Assembly: GCA_044228065.1 (NCBI GenBank)
Contig: JBGAVP010000011.1
Coordinates: forward strand, 26,521-90,520
Length of the DNA stretch: 64,000 nt
Reading direction: 5' to 3'
From: Chitinophagales bacterium
GTDB lineage: Bacteria > Bacteroidota > Bacteroidia > Chitinophagales > LD1
The position numbers were made by a program, and so were the translations under genes. The notes beneath the pieces are model-generated. The model worked only from the letters and a program-made list of their open reading frames with translations, had not been told where the DNA came from and made no database searches. Numbering within the stretch: the stretch's first letter is position 1; each line of letters opens with the position of its first letter. Of this stretch, positions 9,459 through 18,817 are shown in pieces.

Positions 9459-10214
9459 ATGGAGATTCTACTCAGAAAAATTCTTCTAATCTTTTCAATT
9501 AGTATAATTCGATATTTGCTTTTTGCAGGAATTGCTTACTTAATATTTTATGTTTGGAAAAGAAAAGAATTCTTTAGAATAAAGATTCAGCAAAAGTTCC
9601 CTGAAGGCAAGAGAATACAAGACGAGGTGATGTATTCGGTATTTTCTATGCTCATATTTTCAATTACAGGCGCTTTTGTCTTTTGGTTATCTAAGAATGG
9701 ATACACGCTATCATACAAGCATTTTAATGAGCATGGTTTGGGGTATTTCATTTTTTCAGTAGTGGCTTTTATAACAGCGCATGATACCTACTTTTATTGG
9801 ACTCATCGATTCATGCATTGGGATAAAGTTTACAAATATGTTCATAGAGTACATCATCTCTCTACAAATCCCACACCTTGGGCAGCCTTTTCATTTCACC
9901 CGTTAGAAGCTATTATTGAAGTAGGTATTTTGCCTATAATGGTGATGATTTTACCTTTACATGTTTATGCTATTTTAGCTTGGGTTTTATATATGACATT
10001 GCTGAATGTAATGGGGCATTTAGGATTTGAAATTTTTCCTTCAGGATTTACGAAAGGGGTAATCACTAAATGGCACAACAGTTCTGTACATCACAATATG
10101 CATCATAAATATGTACGCTGTAATTACAGTCTATACTTTAATATCTGGGATAGGCTTTTACACACTAATCATGAAAAATATGATGAAGAATTTGAAGCTG
10201 TAAAAGCAAGGTGA
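9459..10214 (+). CDS. fatty acid hydroxylase / sterol desaturase superfamily membrane protein
   Basis: Histidine boxes HRFMHW, HRVHH and HHNMHH within a multi-TM protein of 251 aa. Confidence 0.85.
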   Translation: MEILLRKILLIFSISIIRYLLFAGIAYLIFYVWKRKEFFRIKIQQKFPEGKRIQDEVMYSVFSMLIFSITGAFVFWLSKNGYTLSYKHFNEHGLGYFIFSVVAFITAHDTYFYWTHRFMHWDKVYKYVHRVHHLSTNPTPWAAFSFHPLEAIIEVGILPIMVMILPLHVYAILAWVLYMTLLNVMGHLGFEIFPSGFTKGVITKWHNSSVHHNMHHKYVRCNYSLYFNIWDRLLHTNHEKYDEEFEAVKAR

Positions 10215-10315
10215 TTGGAAAATAGTAATCTATTTCAACTCACAATAAACTTCTTCGTTAACCGTCTGTTTAATTAGAAAAAATTATCTTCACTTTCTTT
10301 GTATTGTTTAATTGA

Positions 10316-11520
10316 ATGGATATTTGTTTGAATAATTTTTGTAACACATCGTTGGATTCTTCCATTGAGATATCTTTATACACAAGTATTACTGCCATTG
10401 CCGAGAAAGATTGGTTGCGCTTTGTTCCTAATGATAATCCGCTATTACTCCCCTCCTACCTTAAATTGTTAGAAGAAACCCAACAAGGCAGGATGCGATT
10501 TATCTATGCTGTGTTGAAAGAAGAGGAAGTAACTAAGGGTATTTGTTATTTTGAAGTGGTTCGTTTTACGGGAGATAACTTAATTGCCTACTTCCCAGTG
10601 ATAGAGCCCATTTCCTTCATTAGTCGAATCAAGATAGTCGCTCAAAAAATTGCAAAGTGTTTCATTAGAATCATAGACTTAGAATTATTGGTAAGTGGTA
10701 ATTTGTTTATGACGGGCGATAAAGGTGCCTTTTTTCTTCTACTATTTCTAATGAAGAAGGACGGTATTGTTGACTACTACCATCAAAAAATACTAAAAGA
10801 GAAAGCAAGATTAAAGCAGTTTTATTACCATCACTCTATGAACCTGCAACAGATGCTGACGCTATCTTTTTAAAGGATAAATACCGTAGAATATTTATGG
10901 AGGCCGATTTAAGCATGAAAATACATTCATCCTGGAAATCCTTTGAAGATTACCTTCAGGCTTTATCTTCCAAATATAGAGTGCGGGCAAAAAAAATAAT
11001 ATCAGTAAGCGCTATACTCACTCATCAAAACCTAAGTCACCAGAATATTCTGGAGCAAACGGAAACAATATTTAATCTTTACAAAAATGTAGCAGATAGA
11101 GTGGATTTTAATTTAGCAAAATTAACTCCAACTTATTTTGCTGAACAAAAAAAATTAACTCCTGATACGTATCAATTCGTTGCCTATTATTTGGATGGGA
11201 AAATGGTGGGATTTATATCCCTGTTTCTACTTCCAAATAAAACAGAAGTGCATTATGTGGGAATAGATTATACGATCAACAAAGATTATAGCATCTACCA
11301 AAGAATGCTGTACGATGTGGTGAAGTTCGCCACTGAAAAAGGTTTGCCAGAATTACATTTTGGAAGAACTGCACCAGAAGTAAAAAGTACCATAGGTGCC
11401 ATACAAGCTCCTATGTACGGCTATGTGAAGCACAGAAATGTTATCTTTAATTATTTCATGCAACTGTTTACAGAGGGATTAAAACCCAGAGAATATACGC
11501 TCAGAAATCCCTTCAAATAA
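10316..11520 (+). pseudogene. GNAT/FemAB-like (BioF2-like) acetyltransferase, frameshifted
   Basis: The N-terminal ORF (10316-10873) degenerates after GNLFMTGDKGAFF. The frame of the second ORF is open from 10774 and reads LLPSKNTKRESKIKAVLLPSLYEPATDADAIFLKDKYRRIFMEADLSMK upstream of its ATG. Junction candidates are the T6 run 10730-10735 (which then meets an in-frame TGA at 10771) or the A6 run 10785-10790. Confidence 0.65.
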
Positions 11521-11524
11521 GCAG

Positions 11525-12055
11525 TTATAATTTAGCCGTGACCTCTGCTAATTTTTGTTCCAATAACTTTGTTTGATAAGGCGTACACCTTTTAGAAAAA
11601 AGCAGAAATTCTATCACTTTCTTTTTAAGGACAGGACTTTCATCTATAAAAGTAGGATTGGCAAAAAGTACATTCATATCATCGTATAAATGTTTGTTAA
11701 ATCCTAAAAAAGATGGGAGAAAATGTTCGAACATAACTCTCAGAAAACGCAGTTCTGGGTCTTTGGAATCCATTTCTACAGCATTGTTCAAATGATTTTT
11801 AGATTTCAATACATGCCTTAATTTTGCCCAATTTCCATTGTCATATTGACAACACATTCCAGTACAAATACCTAGATAACTTTCTTCTGCAGGACTTCTT
11901 TTAGGAAGGGTTTCTAAAATATTAAGAAATGAATCCAATGCAGCTTTCTGCTCCGTAGCTCTTAGAAAGGAAGCACGAAGTTTCTCTCTGCTATAAGTTT
12001 GAGCAGATAGAGAATGATAACCAAGACAAAGCCACAAGAAAAGAAATCTTAGCAT
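11525..12055 (-). CDS. hypothetical secreted protein
   Basis: 176-aa ORF with ATG start and signal peptide MLRFLFLWLCLGYHSLSAQ. No recognisable catalytic motif. Confidence 0.6.
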   Translation of the reverse strand: MLRFLFLWLCLGYHSLSAQTYSREKLRASFLRATEQKAALDSFLNILETLPKRSPAEESYLGICTGMCCQYDNGNWAKLRHVLKSKNHLNNAVEMDSKDPELRFLRVMFEHFLPSFLGFNKHLYDDMNVLFANPTFIDESPVLKKKVIEFLLFSKRCTPYQTKLLEQKLAEVTAKL

Positions 12056-12122
12056 ACCTTAAATTTAGAAAGATTTTTTTAATAGTAAAAGATAGGAAAT
12101 GGAACAAAGATGTAGGTGCTAC

Positions 12123-12160
12123 TTAGTAACTATTTCTATATTAGCACCGCTTAAAAAAAC
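12123..12160 (+). promoter_or_regulatory. candidate promoter / 5' region: TTAG-N10-TATATTAGCACCGCTTAAAAAAAC
   Basis: The TATATTAG box (12137-12144) resembles the Bacteroidota -7 element TAnnTTTG and lies 27 nt before the ATG. It is nearly identical to 26705-26744. Confidence 0.4.
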
Positions 12161-12163
12161 ACT

Positions 12164-13804
12164 ATGGCAGACAATACAAATTTGGAGTTTAATAAGAATG
12201 AAGATGCAATGAAATTGCTCCTTTCTGATTTCAAAAAACAAGCAGAGCAAATAAAGTTAGGGGGTGGCAAAAAGTCAATAGAAAAGCATAAAGAGAAGGG
12301 TAAACTTACTGCCCGTGAGCGAATAGAACTATTGCTAGATAAAAATAAACCCTCGCTGGAGGTAGGTTTATTTGCTGCGTACGATATGTATGCCGAACAA
12401 GGCGGATGCCCAAGTGCTGGGGTAGTTTCGGTAATGGGTTATGTAAAAGGGCGGCTTTGTATGATAGTAGCCAATGATGCTACAGTGAAGGCAGGCGCTT
12501 GGTTTCCTATGACCGGTAAAAAGAATTTAAGGGCGCAAGAAATAGCGATGGAGAATCAAATTCCCATTATCTATTTGGTAGATAGTGCGGGTGCATTTCT
12601 TCCTATGCAAGATGAAATTTTTCCAGACAAAGAAAATTTCGGAAGAATCTTTAGAAACAATGCGGTGATGTCTGCTGCGGGTATTCCTCAAATAGCAGCT
12701 ATTATGGGAAGTTGTGTAGCAGGTGGTGCATACCTTCCTATTATGAGCGATGAAGCTCTGATAGTGGAGGGAACGGGCTCAGTATTTTTAGCGGGTTCTT
12801 TTTTAGTGAAATCTGCCATTGGAGAAGATATTGACAATGAAACTCTAGGAGGTGCTACTACGCATTGCGAAATTAGCGGTGTGACAGATTATAAAATGAA
12901 AAACGATACTGAATGTTTGGAAAAAATTCGCAGTCTGGTAGATAAGTTCGGACACAATACCAAAGCGGGTTTCGATAGAGTAGAGCCAACTAAGCCTGCC
13001 TTAGATGAGAAAGAAATTTACGGCATTATTCCAGAAGATTCTTCTAAACAATACGATATGCTGGAGGTTATAAAACGCTTGGTAGATAATAGTGAAATAG
13101 ACCAATACAAAGAAGAATATGGCAAGTCCATTATTTGTGGGTATGCCCGCATAGATGGCTGGGCTGTAGGGATAGTGGCTAATCAAAGAAAGGTGGTGAA
13201 AAGCAAAAAAGGTGAAATGCAATTTGGGGGTGTGATTTACTCCGATAGTGCTGATAAAGCAGCACGCTTTATTATGAATTGCAATCAAAAAAAGATACCG
13301 CTTGTTTTCTTACAAGATGTAACAGGATTTATGGTAGGCTCTCGTTCCGAGCAGGGGGGTATTATAAAGGATGGAGCCAAACTAGTGGCAGCTGTGGCGA
13401 ATTCAGTAGTTCCTAAATTTACCATTATAGTAGGCAACTCTTATGGTGCCGGCAATTACGCTATGTGTGGTAAAGCATACGACCCACGCCTCATCTACGC
13501 TTGGCCAGGTTCTAAAATTGCAGTAATGGGCGGTGAGCAAGCAGCTAAAGTAATGGTGCAGATTCAAGTGGCGCAATTGAAAGCAAAAGGTGAGCTCATA
13601 GATAGCGAAGTTGAAAAGAAATTATTCTCTGAAACCAAAGCGAAATACGATAGAACACTCGACCCTAAGTATGCAGCTTCTCGTTTGTGGACCGATGGAG
13701 TTATAGACCCTTTAGATACCCGAAAGGTAATTTCATTAGGAATAGATGCTGCCAACCACGCTCCTGTTACCAAAGCATTTAATGTGGGTATTATTCAGAC
13801 ATAA
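12164..13804 (+). CDS. acyl-CoA carboxylase carboxyltransferase (beta) subunit, methylcrotonyl-CoA carboxylase-like
   Basis: 546 aa. [27 protein letters not shown], two crotonase-fold halves, and GVIYSDSADKAARFIMNCNQKKIPLVFLQDVTGFMVG are typical of the carboxyl_trans family. Confidence 0.88.
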   Translation: MADNTNLEFNKNEDAMKLLLSDFKKQAEQIKLGGGKKSIEKHKEKGKLTARERIELLLDKNKPSLEVGLFAAYDMYAEQGGCPSAGVVSVMGYVKGRLCMIVANDATVKAGAWFPMTGKKNLRAQEIAMENQIPIIYLVDSAGAFLPMQDEIFPDKENFGRIFRNNAVMSAAGIPQIAAIMGSCVAGGAYLPIMSDEALIVEGTGSVFLAGSFLVKSAIGEDIDNETLGGATTHCEISGVTDYKMKNDTECLEKIRSLVDKFGHNTKAGFDRVEPTKPALDEKEIYGIIPEDSSKQYDMLEVIKRLVDNSEIDQYKEEYGKSIICGYARIDGWAVGIVANQRKVVKSKKGEMQFGGVIYSDSADKAARFIMNCNQKKIPLVFLQDVTGFMVGSRSEQGGIIKDGAKLVAAVANSVVPKFTIIVGNSYGAGNYAMCGKAYDPRLIYAWPGSKIAVMGGEQAAKVMVQIQVAQLKAKGELIDSEVEKKLFSETKAKYDRTLDPKYAASRLWTDGVIDPLDTRKVISLGIDAANHAPVTKAFNVGIIQT

Positions 13805-13824
13805 AAAGGTTTCTTATCAAAAAC

Positions 13825-13858
13825 AAAAAGGGCGAAGAAATATTTCTTCGCCCTTTTT
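13825..13858. terminator. bidirectional rho-independent terminator between convergent genes
   Basis: 11-bp stem gggcgaagaaa (13830-13840) / tttcttcgccc (13843-13853), flanked by an A-run (13825-13829) and a T-run (13854-13858). Confidence 0.7.
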
Positions 13859-13878
13859 AATATTGTCTAAATTCTAAA

Positions 13879-15090
13879 TCATGCCAAAGCCTTCGCTACT
13901 TCTGCAGCTGCTTCTTTTAATTGAATAGCTGATTGAACTTTCAAACCAGACTCATCAATTAATTTCTTTGCTTCTTCAGCATTGGTTCCTTGCAAACGAA
14001 CAATAATAGGCACTGGAATATTTCCAATAGATTTATAAGCATCTACAATACCCTGTGCCACACGGTCGCAACGTACAATCCCTCCAAATATATTTACCAA
14101 AATAGCTTTTACATGTGGGTCTTTTAAAATAATACGGAACGCTTTTTCTACGCGCTCTGCATTCGCTGTTCCACCTACATCCAAAAAGTTAGCAGGCTCA
14201 CCACCACTTAGTTTAATAATATCCATAGTAGCCATAGCCAAACCTGCTCCATTTACCATGCAGCCTACGTTTCCATCTAGTTTTACATAGTTCAATTCAG
14301 CATTAGACGCTTCTACTTCTGTAGGGTCTTCCTCTTCTAAATCACGCAAGGCTAATAAATCTGGATGGCGATACAATGCATTGTCATCTAATCCAATTTT
14401 GCCATCTACTGCTATAATTTTGCTATCAGAAGTTTTTAAGCAAGGATTAATTTCCACCATAGCCGCATCAGCAGTAATGTATGTTTTGTAAACTCCTTTC
14501 ACAAATTTAATCATCTCTTTAAATGCGGTACCGCTCAAACCTAGATTAAACGCTATTTTGCGGCATTGGAAATCTTGCAATCCCACAGCTGGGTTCACAT
14601 ATTCTTTATGTACTAAGTGAGGTGTATGTTCTGCTACTTCCTCTATATCCATTCCTCCTTCTGTAGAATAGATAATTACATTTCTTCCAGTACCTCTATC
14701 TAACAAAATAGAAACATAAAACTCTTTAGGCTCTGCTTCACCTGGGTAGTATACATCCTGTGCCACTAATATTTTATTTACCTTACGACCAGCAGCACCA
14801 GTTTGTTTAGTCACTAAAATTCCACCTAAAAGATTAGTAGAAATCTCACGCACTTTGTCGTGGTTTTTTGCCAAAGCCACCCCATTTTGGTCGGTGCCTT
14901 CTATCTTTCCTTTTCCGCGTCCACCAGCATGTATTTGGGATTTTACTACTACCCAATCACTGTTGTACAATTCCTTCAATTTTACAGCAGCAGCTACTGC
15001 TTCATCTGGGGTAGTGGCTACAAAGCCTTCTTGAATGGCTACTCCATTTTTCTTCATCAAATCTTTTGCTTGGTATTCGTGTAAATTCAT
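13879..15090 (-). CDS. sucC: succinate--CoA ligase (ADP-forming) beta subunit
   Basis: MNLHEYQAKDLMKKNGV start (ATG at 15090), with ATP-grasp and CoA-ligase motifs (VVKSQIHAGGRGKG, NGAGLAMATMD, GGIVRCD). Confidence 0.93.
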   Translation of the reverse strand: MNLHEYQAKDLMKKNGVAIQEGFVATTPDEAVAAAVKLKELYNSDWVVVKSQIHAGGRGKGKIEGTDQNGVALAKNHDKVREISTNLLGGILVTKQTGAAGRKVNKILVAQDVYYPGEAEPKEFYVSILLDRGTGRNVIIYSTEGGMDIEEVAEHTPHLVHKEYVNPAVGLQDFQCRKIAFNLGLSGTAFKEMIKFVKGVYKTYITADAAMVEINPCLKTSDSKIIAVDGKIGLDDNALYRHPDLLALRDLEEEDPTEVEASNAELNYVKLDGNVGCMVNGAGLAMATMDIIKLSGGEPANFLDVGGTANAERVEKAFRIILKDPHVKAILVNIFGGIVRCDRVAQGIVDAYKSIGNIPVPIIVRLQGTNAEEAKKLIDESGLKVQSAIQLKEAAAEVAKALA

Positions 15091-15111
15091 GTGGTGCTTT
15101 TTTAAGTGGGA

Positions 15112-15141
15112 CGAAAATACACGATTGAAGGATAAAAACAA
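15112..15141 (-). promoter_or_regulatory. candidate sucC promoter TTG-N19-TAttTTCG
   Basis: On the minus strand: TTG (complement of 15139-15141), a 19-nt spacer, then TATTTTCG (complement of 15112-15119). This is followed by TCCCACTTAAAAAAGCACCAC and the ATG. Confidence 0.45.
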
Positions 15142-15209
15142 AAGTTTAATTTAGCAATCTTAAAACAAGCTTAGAAATGTTATCTTTCTAAGTAAAACCT
15201 ACATTGTAA

Positions 15210-15866
15210 ATGCTACTATCCGCTAAGAATATTTCAAAGAGTTATGGAAATTTAAAAGTCCTAAATGATGTTTCCTTAGAAGTAAAGAAGGGTGAAATTG
15301 TTTCGCTGGTAGGTGCATCAGGTGCTGGCAAAAGCACGCTGCTACATATTTTGGGCACACTCGATAGACCTGATTCTGGTTCTGTAACGATTCAGGATAA
15401 AAATATTTTTACACAAAACGATAAAGCCTTAGCTAGTTTTAGAAACTTACAGATTGGTTTTATTTTTCAGTTTCATCATTTACTTCCAGAGTTTACTGCT
15501 TTAGAAAATGTTTGCATTCCTGCTTTTATAGCCAAGAAAGATAAAGCGAAGGCTGAGGCCCGTGCTAAAGAACTATTATCGCTTTTAAATTTAAGCCATC
15601 GCACAGAACATAAGCCTGGTGAGCTTTCTGGAGGAGAACAACAACGAGTAGCTGTAGCTAGAGCTTTAATGAATAGCCCTTCTTTAGTTTTAGCAGATGA
15701 GCCTTCTGGAAATTTAGATTCAGACAATGCAAAGGAGTTGCATAAATTATTTTTTGAGTTGAGAGATAAATTAGGACAGACATTTATCATAGTTACCCAT
15801 AATGAAGATTTAGCTAAAATGGCTGATAGAACTATATTGATGAAGGATGGGAAAATAGTTGTTTAG
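15210..15866 (+). CDS. ABC transporter ATP-binding protein, LolD/MacB type
   Basis: Walker A GASGAGKST, signature LSGGEQQRVAVARAL, Walker B LVLADEPSGNLD, and FQFHHLLPEFTALENV typical of the LolD group. Confidence 0.85.
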   Translation: MLLSAKNISKSYGNLKVLNDVSLEVKKGEIVSLVGASGAGKSTLLHILGTLDRPDSGSVTIQDKNIFTQNDKALASFRNLQIGFIFQFHHLLPEFTALENVCIPAFIAKKDKAKAEARAKELLSLLNLSHRTEHKPGELSGGEQQRVAVARALMNSPSLVLADEPSGNLDSDNAKELHKLFFELRDKLGQTFIIVTHNEDLAKMADRTILMKDGKIVV

Positions 15867-16002
15867 TTCGGAGTAAAAAGTAATAAATTTTGATAATCAA
15901 AAATCAATAGAGGGGAAAACTAAACTCTAAAAATCAAGCTATAAACTAAATTTACAAACAATTTGCTTCGAACCTCGAACTATTAACTTCTAACATTTTT
16001 AC

Positions 16003-17910
16003 ATGAGCCTCTCCCCTTCCGAAATATTAAAAAAGTACTGGGGATTTAGTGAATTTAGGCCTTTACAAGATGAGATTATAAATTCTGTATTAGAAGGAAA
16101 AGATACACTAGCACTACTTCCCACTGGTGGAGGAAAGTCTATTTGCTTTCAGGTTCCTGCTCTGGCAAAAGAAGGTATTTGCATTGTAGTTTCTCCGCTC
16201 ATAGCTTTAATGAAAGACCAAGTAGAGAATCTTCAAAAGAGAGGTATAAAAGCCAAAACTGTTTATACAGGAATGAGCAGAAAAGACATAGATGCCACTT
16301 TAGATACTTGCGCTTATTCGGATGTGAAATTTCTTTACTTATCGCCTGAAAGATTGAACACAGCAGAGTTTAAGGCACGTGTTTTAAAGATGAAAGTTTC
16401 CTTGATAGCAGTAGATGAAGCACATTGTGTTTCTCAATGGGGTTATGATTTTCGCCCTGCTTATTTGAAGATAGCCGAAGTTCGGGAACTATTGCCTAAT
16501 ATACCTTTGATAGCATTGACAGCATCTGCTACTCCTAAAGTAGTACACGATATTCAATCCAAATTACTATTTAAAAAAGAAAATTTATTTCAACAAAGTT
16601 TTGCTAGATCTAATCTGAGTTATGTGGTACGTAAAACAGAAAACAAGCAACTACTTCTTTTAGATATTTTAAAAAAAGTGGCAGGAACAGGTATTGTGTA
16701 TGTCCGAAATCGCAAACGCACCAAAGAACTGGCAGATTATCTATTAAAAAATAAAGTATCGGCAGATTTTTATCATGCAGGACTTACTACCGATGAGCGA
16801 AGCAAAAAGCAAAATAATTGGATAGCAAATAAAACCAAAGTAATCGTTTGCACCAATGCTTTTGGAATGGGTATAGACAAGCCCGATGTAAGAGCAGTAG
16901 TGCATTACGAACCAGTAGAAAGCCCTGAAGCATACTATCAAGAGGCTGGAAGAGCAGGGCGTGATGGAGTGCGTTCTTTTGCTGTACAAGTAATGAGCGA
17001 ACAAGATTTGTTCAGCCTTAATGAACAAAAAGAAAAGAATTTCCCTACTCCCAAAGAAGTACGGGATATGTATGATCAAATACTAGGCTACTTAAGCATT
17101 GCTTACAATGATGGGTCAGGAAGAGAATATGATTTTGACCTATCTGATTTTTGTAAAAAGTTCAGCTACTCTCCTATTAAAGTAATGCATGGATTAAAGC
17201 TTTTAGAGTCACAAGAAATTCTGTTTTTTTCGGAGGGATTGTTAGAAACACCCAAAGTAAAAATAATTGTAGATAAAGAAGTGCTTTACAAATTTCAAGT
17301 CGAAAACAGGAAGTATGAGCCTCTCATAAAATTTATTCTTCGCACCTGCCCTGGAGTGTTTGAAGATGCAGTTACATTCAATGAAACTATTTTATCAGAA
17401 AAGCTAAAACAAACTTTTGATACTACCATTGGGATGCTCACTTATTTAAACAATATCGATATACTTTCCTATAGACCTCGAAGAGAAAAACCACAACTAA
17501 TTTTATTGCAAGACCGAGTAAAAAGAGAAGACGTAAAGCTTGACACTGATTATATCTCGGAACGAATGAGTGAATATAGAGAGCGTATAAAAGCTGTACA
17601 AAAATATCTTTTAAATACATTGGTATGTAGAAGCAGAATGTTGTTGCATTATTTTGGAGAAGATAACACTTCTGACTGTGGTGTTTGTGATATATGCTTG
17701 ACTCGTAAAAAAGCACATTTAAGTACAGAGGAATTTAGTCTCTTGGTTAATAAAATAGAAAATTTGGTGAAAGTAAAATCTCATACCGTTAATGAACTGG
17801 CAGATGTACTCAACACAAAAGCGGAAAAAATAATTTTGATAATAGAATGGTTAGCTGAATGCTCCACGATTACAAGAGATGAGCAAGGAGGAATACAGTG
17901 GTTGGGGTAA
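16003..17910 (+). CDS. recQ: RecQ-family ATP-dependent DNA helicase
   Basis: FRPLQDEIINSVLEGKDTLALLPTGGGKS, DEAHCVSQWGYDFRP, TNAFGMGIDKPDVRAVVH, and zinc-binding CRSRMLLHYFGE..CGVCDIC. Confidence 0.9.
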   Translation: MSLSPSEILKKYWGFSEFRPLQDEIINSVLEGKDTLALLPTGGGKSICFQVPALAKEGICIVVSPLIALMKDQVENLQKRGIKAKTVYTGMSRKDIDATLDTCAYSDVKFLYLSPERLNTAEFKARVLKMKVSLIAVDEAHCVSQWGYDFRPAYLKIAEVRELLPNIPLIALTASATPKVVHDIQSKLLFKKENLFQQSFARSNLSYVVRKTENKQLLLLDILKKVAGTGIVYVRNRKRTKELADYLLKNKVSADFYHAGLTTDERSKKQNNWIANKTKVIVCTNAFGMGIDKPDVRAVVHYEPVESPEAYYQEAGRAGRDGVRSFAVQVMSEQDLFSLNEQKEKNFPTPKEVRDMYDQILGYLSIAYNDGSGREYDFDLSDFCKKFSYSPIKVMHGLKLLESQEILFFSEGLLETPKVKIIVDKEVLYKFQVENRKYEPLIKFILRTCPGVFEDAVTFNETILSEKLKQTFDTTIGMLTYLNNIDILSYRPRREKPQLILLQDRVKREDVKLDTDYISERMSEYRERIKAVQKYLLNTLVCRSRMLLHYFGEDNTSDCGVCDICLTRKKAHLSTEEFSLLVNKIENLVKVKSHTVNELADVLNTKAEKIILIIEWLAECSTITRDEQGGIQWLG

Positions 17911-18010
17911 TATTTTCCATTTCTTTATTTGCGAAAGGTTCTGCTGTTTTAGTTTTGTGTTTTTATAAAATGCCGAAACGATTGTTATTTTTACGACTTA
18001 AATAAAAAGA

Positions 18011-18613
18011 ATGAAAAATTTATCTCTTGTAATTAATGGTGTTTTAGCAGTGGCAGTGGGTGTTTTGTTTTATCTGCATTTTAAAGATTGTGGCAAAGCA
18101 GGTTGTTGTCAACCTTCAACTGTAACTTCTAAAGATGGAAAAACAACAGTTTCTGGAAATGGAACTATTGCTTATGTAGACATTGATACTTTAGAAAATA
18201 ATTATACTTTTTTTATAGATAAAAAAAATGAGTTAGAGAAAAGACAAAAAGCAATAGAGTTAACTTTACAAGGAGATGCAGCACAACTGCAAAGAAGAAT
18301 GGGAGAGCTACAAGCGAAAGCTCAAACCATGACCCAATCTGAAGGGGAAGCAGCACAACAAGAAATGTATCAGCGACAAGCTGCTTTAGAACAAAAGAAA
18401 GAAAGTATGGCAGCCTCTTTTATGGCAGAGCAAACTAAATTTAATCAAGATTTGAATGCTAGGTTAGATACTTTCTTAACTACCTACAATGCAGATAAAC
18501 ACTACTCTTACATTATGTCTTACACAAGAGGTGGAGGAATCTTATTTAAAGATAAGGCCTTGGATATTACCAAAGAAGTAACCGATGGCATGAATGCGCA
18601 ACTGAAAAAGTAA
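18011..18613 (+). CDS. OmpH/Skp-family periplasmic chaperone
   Basis: Signal/anchor sequence, then IAYVDIDTLENNY followed by a long Q/E/A-rich coiled region, in the pattern of Bacteroidota OmpH proteins. Confidence 0.75.
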   Translation: MKNLSLVINGVLAVAVGVLFYLHFKDCGKAGCCQPSTVTSKDGKTTVSGNGTIAYVDIDTLENNYTFFIDKKNELEKRQKAIELTLQGDAAQLQRRMGELQAKAQTMTQSEGEAAQQEMYQRQAALEQKKESMAASFMAEQTKFNQDLNARLDTFLTTYNADKHYSYIMSYTRGGGILFKDKALDITKEVTDGMNAQLKK

Positions 18614-18636
18614 AAACTTTAGTATTTAATTTTTAG

Positions 18637-18668
18637 AAAAGGATTTGCGTAACAGCAAGTCCTTTTTT
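18637..18668 (+). terminator. rho-independent terminator
   Basis: Stem ggatttgc (18641-18648) / gcaagtcc (18655-18662) with one G-T pair, then T6. Confidence 0.55.
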
Positions 18669-18817
18669 GTTTTTAACACATTATATCAAAATATACTTTC
18701 ATTAAATGTTGATAAAAATTATAATCCTTCTTTTATGTAAAGTGCAACTGTTTTTATATTTTACAATCTATTCGTATGTAGTTGATTCTAAATTTACAAT
18801 AAAAGCCTGCGCAATAC

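Noticed and set aside
10771-10773. In-frame TGA in the GNAT-like gene as evidence for UGA recoding or an alternative genetic code
   Set aside because: TGA clearly functions as a stop for neighbouring genes, for example the fatty acid hydroxylase gene ending at 10212-10214. A single homopolymer indel at 10785-10790 explains the break without read-through.
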